A stretch of DNA of 16,250 bases from Deltaproteobacteria bacterium (lineage in GTDB: Bacteria > Myxococcota_A > UBA796 > CAJQPC01): assembly GCA_016706815.1 (NCBI GenBank), contig JADJIW010000040.1, positions 1-16,250 on the forward strand, read 5' to 3'. Below the pieces are notes generated by a model, which made no database searches, was not told where the DNA came from, and saw only the letters and a list, made by a program, of their open reading frames with translations. Within the stretch, counting starts at the first letter, position 1; every line of letters starts with the position of its first letter. This document shows positions 1-7,030 of the stretch, piece by piece. The translations under genes and the position numbers were made by a program.

Positions 1-49
1 GAAGCTGTGATTCTACATGGCGTGTGCGCAGAACGCGGCGAGACTACAA

Positions 50-586
50 TCAATCCCCTGCCGCCGGGAGCGAAGAGCACTGGTGCGGAGCAGGGGGTTC
101 GAAATGCGCACCAACGTTGTCCTCAATAACCACCACATCACCCAACCTCGTCAAAGGCGGCCAGATGGGCAGGCCCTCGGCGGCCGCCGCGCTCGAAAGG
201 CGTAGATCGAAGGTCACAAACATGAACGGTTCTCCTCGGTCCGCGCTCACCGTGAGGGCGCTCGCGAGGTGAAGCGCGTCCAAGGCGCGCAGGCCGTGGG
301 TCTCGGCGAGCGCGGCGCCGTCGTAGGCCAGCGCATCGTTCACCGCCACGAGCACAGGAATGGTGGCGAGCTGGGCTTGGGCGCGCGCCTTGGTCCGGGC
401 GTAGCTGCGGTTGTTGAGTCGGTGATCCCGGTGAAGCCGAGCGAGGGTGGCGAGAAGCTCAGTGATCGCGATGACGCTCGTCGCGATCTCTTCAGCGCTC
501 GACAACGTCTGTACAACGGCGGCGCTGTCGGGCTCGGCGACAAAGAGCTTCACCAGGGCTGATGTGTCAACGTAAATCCGCTTCAC
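50..586 (-). CDS. vapC: PIN-domain ribonuclease toxin of a type II TA pair (VapC-like). The C-terminal ~35 codons are compositionally atypical.
   Basis: The ORF-track protein MKRIYVDTSALVKLF... has the PIN signature: an acidic residue near the N-terminus (D7), ITELL, LDALHLASAL and FVTFD near the C-terminal end. The start ATG overlaps the stop of the upstream small ORF by 4 nt (ATGA at 583-586). The portion 5' of nt ~160 has high GC3. The last ~35 codons (nt 50-160) have GC3 near 50%, so the true stop may lie upstream. Confidence 0.7.
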   Translation of the reverse strand: MKRIYVDTSALVKLFVAEPDSAAVVQTLSSAEEIATSVIAITELLATLARLHRDHRLNNRSYARTKARAQAQLATIPVLVAVNDALAYDGAALAETHGLRALDALHLASALTVSADRGEPFMFVTFDLRLSSAAAAEGLPIWPPLTRLGDVVVIEDNVGAHFEPPAPHQCSSLPAAGD

Positions 587-807
587 CGGCCACGCTCACG
601 CAGGAGCAGCTCGCTGGCGGTCTCCCCGTCCCCATCCAAAGGCTCCGGCGTGAACTCCTGGTCTTGAAATCGCGCGCCTGTTCCGTCATTCAGCAGATAT
701 TCGACCTGCCGGTGCCGGGCAGGGAGTGAGCCAAACGAGCGCGTGACCTGCGCCGTGACATGACGACGAGCGGCGCTCGGCTCGCCCTTCAGCTTGGAGT
801 TGGCCAT
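583..807 (-). CDS. Putative antitoxin partner of the PIN toxin (about 75 aa, MANSKLKGEPSAARRHV...)
   Basis: The internal ATG at 805-807 is preceded by GGAGGAAG 5 nt upstream. The ORF track's longer version from 864 has no RBS. There is a 4-nt overlap with the vapC start, and the size and position are typical of VapB/Phd-type antitoxins. I could not recognise a fold from sequence. Confidence 0.55.
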   Translation of the reverse strand: MANSKLKGEPSAARRHVTAQVTRSFGSLPARHRQVEYLLNDGTGARFQDQEFTPEPLDGDGETASELLLRERGR

Positions 808-870
808 GATCTTCCTCCGGGGGGACGGTCTACACCCCCCAGCATAGCGCCACACCCCCAACAAACGCCA

Positions 871-2404
871 CTACGCGGGCACCCCCGCCGCCACCGTCAA
901 CGCCGGCCGCGGCGACTCCTCCCCGCGCGCCGCCCGCGCCACGGAGTGCGGCGCAAACTCGGCGAACGCCCGCTTGTAGTCGGCGAAGGCGCCCCCCGCG
1001 CGCACCGCGTGCATCACCGCGAGGCCGGTCTGCGCGTCGCCCTGGGCCAACACCGCCTCCACCCAGGCCCAGCGGGCGGAGGTGGCGCGCAGCTCGACGC
1101 GGCCGCGGCTGGGCTTAAACGCCGTCTCCAGGCGCTTGAGGCGGGACTCCACCACCTTCAGGCCCACGAAGCCATCGTTGAGCATGGGCGTGTTGAGCTT
1201 GGGCACGAAGGGCGCCATGCCGATGGCGACGGGGTGGATCGCGCCGAGCTCCAAGGAGAAGCGCACGAGCTCGTCGAGATCGGCGTCGGTCTCGCCGGGC
1301 ACGCCGATCATCATGTAGACCTTGAGCACCTTGTAGCGGTGCTCGGCGGCCTGGCGGGCGCAGTCGATGAGGTGCTGCTCGGTGGTGCCTTTGGACATCT
1401 CCCGGCGTAGGCGCTGGCTCGCGGCGTCTGAGGCCACGGTGAGGGTGCTGTAGCCGCCTTGGCGCAGCAGCTCGGCGATGCGGGGCTTGCGGGCCACACG
1501 GTCGGCGCGCAGGGAGCTGATGCCGACGCCCTTTCCCGGCGGCGATCAGCGCCTCTAAGATGGGCACCAGCTCGGGGTGATCGGAGATCGCCGCGCCGAC
1601 GAGGCCCACCCGGGGGGCGTAGTCGGGGACGAGGGAGAGCACGCGGTCGGCGGTGACCAGGCGCATCCCGCCGTTCGTGCTGCGGCGCATCACGCAGAAG
1701 GTGCACTGGCGATGGCAGCCGCGCTCCCCCTCCAGCAGAAACATGCTGGAGAGCTCGGCGTCGGGGGCGATGATGCGGCTGCGGGCGGGGAGCTCGGCGT
1801 CGGAGGCCTTGGCGATGGTGGGCAGGCGGTCGCCGTCGCGCTCAGGCAGGTAGCCGCCGGGCAGGGCGGCCACGGCGGCGCGTAAGGCGTCCAAGCCGCC
1901 GGAGATCGCGGCCTCGACGGCGGGCACCACCGTCTCTTCAGCCTCGCCCAAGAGCATGGCGTCGACAAACGGCGCGGCGGGGAGCGGGTTCGAGAAGGTG
2001 AGCGGGCCGCCGAGCAGCACCAGCGGGTCGTAGCCCGTGCGATCTTCGCGGCGGGCGGGGATGCCCGCGAGCTCAAAGGCCGTCAGCATCCCGGCCAGCT
2101 CAAGCTCGTAGGCCAAAGACACGCCGATGATGGGGAAGTCCCGCAGCGGGGTCTGCGTCTCGTAGGTGCACAGGGGCAGGCGGGAGCGGCGCCAGGCGTC
2201 TACGTCGTCGGGTAAAAACGCGCGCTCGACGGCGAACCCGGCGCGGGTGAGCAGCTCGTGAATCCACTGGAAGCCAAGGGACGACATGCCCGCGCGGTAC
2301 GGCGAGGGGTAGAGCAGGGCCACGCGCGCCTGACCGGGGGTGAAGCCCGGCCCACGCTCGCGGGCGAGGCGCTCGACGATCGGCTCGTTGTGCTTCCAGG
2401 GCAT
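871..2404 (-). CDS. B12-binding-domain radical SAM enzyme. The reading frame is split by a 1-nt insertion near 1529-1531 (pseudogene or sequencing error).
   Basis: Two ORF-track pieces (1115..2404 and 871..1497, minus strand) form one protein. The N-terminal part has a B12-binding-like region (RVALLYPSPYRAGMSSLGFQWIHELL) and a radical SAM CxxxCxxC motif (GCHRQCTFCVM). After ...ILEALIAAGK the 429-aa frame turns into Arg/Pro junk. The other frame continues with typical radical-SAM core sequence (...RKPRIAELLRQGGYSTLTVASDAASQRLRREMSKGTTEQH...). Removing one C from the CCC run at 1529-1531 joins them as ...AAGKGVGISSLRADRVARKPRIAELL.... The start ATG at 2404 has AGGAAG 5 nt upstream. Confidence 0.8.
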
Positions 2405-2481
2405 AGACTTCCTGCGAGGGGGGATGTACAGGTTATGAAGGTTCGAGCCCGCGCGCCCGCGCCTGTGAGGATTCTCCCCCT
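2405..2481. promoter_or_regulatory. Divergent intergenic region between the radical SAM gene and the secreted-protein gene; presumed promoters
   Basis: A 77-nt gap between divergent starts. GAGGA lies 12 nt before ATG 2482. No clear sigma70 hexamers could be assigned. Confidence 0.3.
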
Positions 2482-3216
2482 ATGCTGTCGTCCCTCGCCG
2501 TGCTGCTCCTGGGTCTAGCCCCCGCTGAGGCCGCGGAGTCCGTCTCCCTCCGTTACCTGCTCGCCGTCGATGGTGAGGTCATCGGGCACCGCGATCTCAA
2601 GATCAACTACCTGCCCACGGACTCCGGCGAGCTGCGGCTCATGGAGTCGTTCACCGAGCTCACCTTCTCCATCGCCGGGCAGCCCTACACCTACAAGCAG
2701 CGCCTCGGCGGCCTGGGCGGCGGCAACTTCAGCTCGGCGATCAGCGACAACGGCACCGGCCGCGAGGTGCAGGCCGTACGATCCAGCCTCGGCTGGACGG
2801 TCACCGTCGCTGAAGGCAAGACGGCGGAGGTCTACGCCTTGGGCCCCGCGGCCTTTGACCTCACCTCCCTCTCCTTGCTCGATCCCGCCGTGGCCGAGAG
2901 CCTCGCCGGGCGCAGCACGCTCAAGGTGCTCGTCGCCGAGACGGGCGGCGTGATGGAGGGCCCCCTTCGCCAGGCCGCCGACGTGCAGATCAAGCTCGGC
3001 GGCCAGATGATCACCTGCGACGAGTACGTCTGGAGCGTGCCCGAGGGTGAGGTCCGCCTGGACTACGGCCCTGAGGGCCACCTGATGCGCTACACCACCC
3101 GGGTCGCGGGCAAGGTCATCACCGCGACGCTGGACCGCCCTCCCCCGCCGCGCACCTACGGCACGACCATGGACGGGCCGCTGATTCAGTCGAGCGTCGG
3201 CGAAGAGACGCTCTAA
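2482..3216 (+). CDS. Secreted hypothetical protein (244 aa) with an N-terminal Sec signal peptide
   Basis: MLSSLAVLLLGLAPAEA|AESV... is a classic signal peptide with an AxA cleavage site. GC3 is high throughout. I recognise no domain. Its stop codon (3214-3216) overlaps the stop of the convergent FAD-subunit gene. Confidence 0.7.
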   Translation: MLSSLAVLLLGLAPAEAAESVSLRYLLAVDGEVIGHRDLKINYLPTDSGELRLMESFTELTFSIAGQPYTYKQRLGGLGGGNFSSAISDNGTGREVQAVRSSLGWTVTVAEGKTAEVYALGPAAFDLTSLSLLDPAVAESLAGRSTLKVLVAETGGVMEGPLRQAADVQIKLGGQMITCDEYVWSVPEGEVRLDYGPEGHLMRYTTRVAGKVITATLDRPPPPRTYGTTMDGPLIQSSVGEETL

Positions 3217-4181
3217 ACGCCGCTGATCGCCGCTTCAAGGGCCCGGCGCACCTCAACCCGCACCATCTTCTTGCGCCAGGGCGCGGGCCAGACATGCGTC
3301 GAGAGCGGGCTCACCTGCTTATACGCGGCCTCGGCCACGGCCTCGACGCCGCCCGCCTCCCAGGCCTCGGCCACGCCGCCCAGCTCCACCGGGCGCGGGC
3401 CCACAGACGAGACGACCACACGGGGGCCCCGATCCGGGTCAAAGGCCGCCGCCGTGAGCAAGAGCGGGTAGTCGATGCTGCCCCGGGCGCGCAGCTTGCG
3501 GTGAACCACACGGCCCGCGGGCGGCGGGGGCAAGATCACGGCGGTGAGCAGCTCATCCGGGGCGCGGCGGATCCAGTCGCGGCCATCGTCGCCATACAGC
3601 GCGGCGACGGCCACCCGGCGGGCGCCCCGCGTAGACACCAGCTCGACCTCGGCGTCATAGAGCAGGAGCCCCGGCGCGGTGTCGGCGGAGTGCGCGGCGT
3701 AACAGCCCTTGCCTTTGGGGGCGACGTGGCAGATCGCCCCCTCGGGCGCGCTGTGGCACTTCAAGCAGCCGCCGAGCGCCCCCCGCCAGAACGTCGACTG
3801 GTTGTACCAGGCGCAGCGGGTGTCGAGCATCAGGTTGCCGCCAAGGGTGCCCATGGCCTGAATCGTAGACGTGGCGATGGTGCGTGTGGCGGCGGCCAAG
3901 GCCGGGTACAGGCTCAACACCCGCACGTCCCGACCCACCGCCCGCAGCGTGACGCCGGCGCCGATGCGTAGGCCGCCCGCCTCGGTGACGGAGATCTCTC
4001 GCAGCGCCGACACCCCACCCAGACGGATGAGCGTCGGCGGGGTGAACAGACCGTACTTCATCGAGGGCAGAAGATCCGTGCCCCCCGCGATGAGCCGGGC
4101 CTGGGGGTGGTCGGTCAGCATCTGCGCGGCGTCGGAGACGGCGCGGGGCGAGAGCACAGAGAAGGTCGGCAGCGGCAGCAT
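3213..4181 (-). CDS. FAD-binding (medium) subunit of a molybdenum hydroxylase (CoxM/XdhB/HcrB-like). Carries a Cys-rich insertion.
   Basis: The N-terminus FSVLSPRAVSDAAQML...LIAGGTDLL matches the FAD_binding_5 family start (AGGT motif). It sits 3 nt downstream of the Mo-subunit stop. Residues ~123-160 (nt ~3702-3815) form a C-x15-C-x2-C-x8-C-x8-C insertion. Confidence 0.85.
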   Translation of the reverse strand: MLPLPTFSVLSPRAVSDAAQMLTDHPQARLIAGGTDLLPSMKYGLFTPPTLIRLGGVSALREISVTEAGGLRIGAGVTLRAVGRDVRVLSLYPALAAATRTIATSTIQAMGTLGGNLMLDTRCAWYNQSTFWRGALGGCLKCHSAPEGAICHVAPKGKGCYAAHSADTAPGLLLYDAEVELVSTRGARRVAVAALYGDDGRDWIRRAPDELLTAVILPPPPAGRVVHRKLRARGSIDYPLLLTAAAFDPDRGPRVVVSSVGPRPVELGGVAEAWEAGGVEAVAEAAYKQVSPLSTHVWPAPWRKKMVRVEVRRALEAAISGV

Positions 4182-4184
4182 AGC

Positions 4185-6503
4185 TCAGGCTCCGTCAAAG
4201 GAGGCGCGGCGGGCCTCACGGTCGCGGCGCTCGATGGCCTTGAGCACACGGTCGGGGGTGAACGGCGCCTCGTTCATCCACACGCCGCAGGCGTCAAAGA
4301 TGGCGTTGGCGATGGCGGGCACCGTGGAGAGCTGGGGGCCCTCCCCGGCCTCTTTGGCGCCGAAGGGGCCCTCCTTGTCGTTGGACTCGACGATGATCGT
4401 GATGATCTCCGGCGTCTCAAACACCGTGGGGATCTTGTACTCCAAGATCGACGGCGCCCGGTGCAGACCGTGTTTGGTGTAGCTCTGCTCCTCAGCCAGG
4501 GCCTCGCCCACGCCCATGTACACGCAGCCCTCGATCTGGCCCTCCACGATGGTGGGGTTTAAGGCCTTGCCGCAGTCGTGCGCCGCCCAGATGCGCTCGA
4601 CGGTGACGAAGCCCGTCTCCGGGTCTACCACCACCTCGGCCACCTGGGCGGTGAACGAGTACGCCGGAGACGGCCCGACGGACTGGCGGCGGAAGCGGTT
4701 GCCGATCTTCGGGGGCTTGTAGTGCCCCACAAAGCCTAAGGTGCCGTGGCGCTCTTCAGCGAGCTGCACGGCCTCGGCAAAATCGAGGGCCTTCTCTGGC
4801 GCAGACTCGCGGAACACCTTCCCGCCAACCATCACCACGTCCTCGCCGCCGAGCTTCTCCGCCGCCGCTGCCCGCATCACCGCGTAGAGCTGATCCGCGG
4901 CCATCTTGGCGGCGTTGCCCGCGAAGAAGGTCACTCGCGAGGAGTACGAGCCCAGGTCTACGGGCGTGAGCCCGGTGTCGGCCTCCAACACCACACAGTC
5001 GGTCTCGGGGATGCCCAGGCGCCCGGCGACGATGGCCGCGAGCATGTGGTTAGAGCCCTGGCCGATGTCGGCGGTGCCCGAGAGGATCGACACCCGCCCC
5101 GAGCGGTCGGCGCAGATCTGCACGGCGCTCTGGGGCATCTCCGACTGCACGATCGGGTGCAGGGCCCCGCACATATACGCCGAGGTGGCCAGGCCGATGC
5201 CCCGGTTGGGGCCGAGCTTGCCGCGCTTCTCCAAGTACCCCGAGGCGGCGAGCACCTTGTCGACACACTCTTTGAGCGCGACGGACGTGATGCGCAGGCC
5301 GTTGGAGGTCTCTGTGTCGGGCTCCACACAGTTCTTGAGGCGCAGGGCGTCGGGGCTCATGCCGATGGCGTTCGCGAGCTTGTCGAGGTGAAGCTCTAAG
5401 GCGAAGCGCGGCTGAATCGCGCCGTGGCCTCGTTTGGGGCCGCAGGGCGGGTGGTTTGTGTAGCAGCGGTGGCTCTCAAACTGCCAGTGATCGAGCTTGT
5501 ACGGCAGCGGCAAGAACACGCCGAAGTAGTACGCCGTGACCACGCCGTAGCTGGCGTAGGCCCCGCCCGCGGCCCAGGCCTTAAAGTCGGCGGCGGTGAT
5601 GCGCCCGTCGTTGGTGACGCCCATCTTCAGGGTCATCCGTGTGGGGTGACGGCCTCGGTGGGCATAAAACACCTCCTCACGGTCTAGGATAAACTTCACC
5701 GGGCGGCCGGTCTTTCGCGCCAAGGCCGCCGCGCACAGCTCGTTGGCGAAGGGGTCGGACTTGCCGCCATAACCCGCGCCCACATCGGGCTTGATCACCC
5801 GCACGTCCTGCTCACGCATCCCCAGCACCTTGGACACGATGCGGTGCAGGTAATGGGGGATCTGTGTAGACGACCAGAGGGTGAGCTTGCCGTCTGGGTG
5901 GGGTTGGGCCAGGGCGACCTGGGTCTCCAGGGGCACATGGGTGGAGCCGGGGTAGTCGTAATTCGACTCGATGATCACATCGGCCTCGGCGAACCCGGCG
6001 GCGGGGTCACCGTATTTCTGGAACACCCGGCGTAAGACGTTTGTGTCGCCTTTGCGGCGGCGCTCGTCATGCAGGAGCGGCTTGTCGGGGTTCAGCGCGT
6101 CCTCGATGGTGAACACGCCCTCTAGGGGCTCGTACTCCACACGGATGAGCGCGGCGGCGCGGCGGGCCGTCTCTTGATCCACGGCGGCCACGGCGGCGAC
6201 CTCGTCCCCGATGAACAAGACCTTGCCCACGGCCAAGGCGTGCTCGTCCTGGGCGACGGGGATGACGCCATACGGCGTGGGGAGATCGGCCCCGGTGAGC
6301 ACGGCGTAGACCCCGGGCAGGGCCAAGGCGGCGCTCACGTCGATGCTCAAGATTCGGGCGTGGGCGTGGGGCGAGCGGTTGAAGGCCCCGTGCAGCATCC
6401 CGGGCAAGGTGAGGTCGTCGGTGAAGCGGGCGGCGCCGGTGATCTTGGGCAAGCCGTCGATCTTGCCGCCGCGACGGCCAACAGGCGAATCAGGCTCGCT
6501 CAT
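4185..6503 (-). CDS. Molybdopterin-binding large subunit of a xanthine dehydrogenase/aldehyde oxidase/CO dehydrogenase-family enzyme (772 aa)
   Basis: N-terminus ...GKIDGLPKITGAARFTDDL..., an internal GAGYGGK motif, and an overall length and pattern typical of the Ald_Xan_dh_C/C2 families. The start ATG (6501-6503) overlaps the small-subunit stop (ATGA). Confidence 0.9.
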   Translation of the reverse strand: MSEPDSPVGRRGGKIDGLPKITGAARFTDDLTLPGMLHGAFNRSPHAHARILSIDVSAALALPGVYAVLTGADLPTPYGVIPVAQDEHALAVGKVLFIGDEVAAVAAVDQETARRAAALIRVEYEPLEGVFTIEDALNPDKPLLHDERRRKGDTNVLRRVFQKYGDPAAGFAEADVIIESNYDYPGSTHVPLETQVALAQPHPDGKLTLWSSTQIPHYLHRIVSKVLGMREQDVRVIKPDVGAGYGGKSDPFANELCAAALARKTGRPVKFILDREEVFYAHRGRHPTRMTLKMGVTNDGRITAADFKAWAAGGAYASYGVVTAYYFGVFLPLPYKLDHWQFESHRCYTNHPPCGPKRGHGAIQPRFALELHLDKLANAIGMSPDALRLKNCVEPDTETSNGLRITSVALKECVDKVLAASGYLEKRGKLGPNRGIGLATSAYMCGALHPIVQSEMPQSAVQICADRSGRVSILSGTADIGQGSNHMLAAIVAGRLGIPETDCVVLEADTGLTPVDLGSYSSRVTFFAGNAAKMAADQLYAVMRAAAAEKLGGEDVVMVGGKVFRESAPEKALDFAEAVQLAEERHGTLGFVGHYKPPKIGNRFRRQSVGPSPAYSFTAQVAEVVVDPETGFVTVERIWAAHDCGKALNPTIVEGQIEGCVYMGVGEALAEEQSYTKHGLHRAPSILEYKIPTVFETPEIITIIVESNDKEGPFGAKEAGEGPQLSTVPAIANAIFDACGVWMNEAPFTPDRVLKAIERRDREARRASFDGA

Positions 6504-7015
6504 GTGGACCTCCCGTTCATCCGCTCGCGGGCCTGGCGGGCGGCGGCGAGGATCTTCGTGTAGCCCGTGCAGCGGCAGATGTTGGCGCCGAGCACCTCGT
6601 TGAGCTCGGCGTCGGTCGGGTCGGGCCGCTCGTCAAACAGGGCCTTGAGCGCCATGACAAAGCCCGGCGTGCAATACCCACACTGGGCGGCGACCTGCTC
6701 GTGGAACGCGGCCTGGATGGGGTGCAGCGCGCCGCCGACGGCCACACCCTCGACGGTGAGCAGCTCGGCGTCCTGAGCCTCGGCGGCCAGGGTGATGCAC
6801 GAGAGCCGCGGCGCGCCGTTCACCAAGACCGTACACGCGCCGCAGTCGCCGACGTCGCAGCCGTGCTTGGAGCCGGTGAGGCCGAGGTCTTGGCGCAGGA
6901 GGTTGAGGAGCGTGCGGTTCGCGGGGATCAACAGGCGTCTGCGGTCGCCGTTGACCCTCAGCGTGAGGACCAGATCGTCATCGGGCTCGGTGGGCATGGC
7001 CGCCACTATAACCAA
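6500..7015 (-). CDS. [2Fe-2S]-binding small subunit of the molybdenum hydroxylase (CoxS/HcrC-like)
   Basis: Plant-type ferredoxin motif (GCDVGDCGACTV) plus the second 2Fe-2S motif (CGYCTPG...ICRCTGY). The start is either TTG at 7013-7015 or ATG at 6995-6997; neither has a strong RBS, so the start is uncertain. Confidence 0.85.
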   Translation of the reverse strand: MVIVAAMPTEPDDDLVLTLRVNGDRRRLLIPANRTLLNLLRQDLGLTGSKHGCDVGDCGACTVLVNGAPRLSCITLAAEAQDAELLTVEGVAVGGALHPIQAAFHEQVAAQCGYCTPGFVMALKALFDERPDPTDAELNEVLGANICRCTGYTKILAAARQARERMNGRST

Positions 7016-7030
7016 CGCCGCCGGGGGCGG

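Noticed and set aside
820-842. G6-N11-C6 inverted repeat as an intrinsic terminator for the radical SAM gene
   Set aside because: The loop is long and there is no downstream U-tract; it more likely belongs to the toxin-antitoxin operator or promoter region.
760-1410. 216-aa plus-strand ORF
   Set aside because: It is antisense to the radical SAM gene, which has strong family motifs. The product is His/Arg/Gly/Pro low-complexity, typical of spurious ORFs in high-GC DNA.
1115-2404. The 429-aa and 208-aa minus-strand ORFs as two independent genes
   Set aside because: The tail of the 429-aa ORF after ...EALIAAGK is Arg/Pro junk. The 208-aa ORF supplies the missing radical-SAM C-terminal half; they are joined by a 1-nt indel.
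3294-4482. Plus-strand ORFs 3294..3971 (225 aa) and 3871..4482 (203 aa)
   Set aside because: They are antisense to the FAD-subunit and Mo-subunit genes and have low-complexity R/G/A composition.
4746-5399. Plus-strand 217-aa ORF and nested ORFs inside the Mo-subunit gene
   Set aside because: They are antisense to a 772-aa gene with unambiguous family features.
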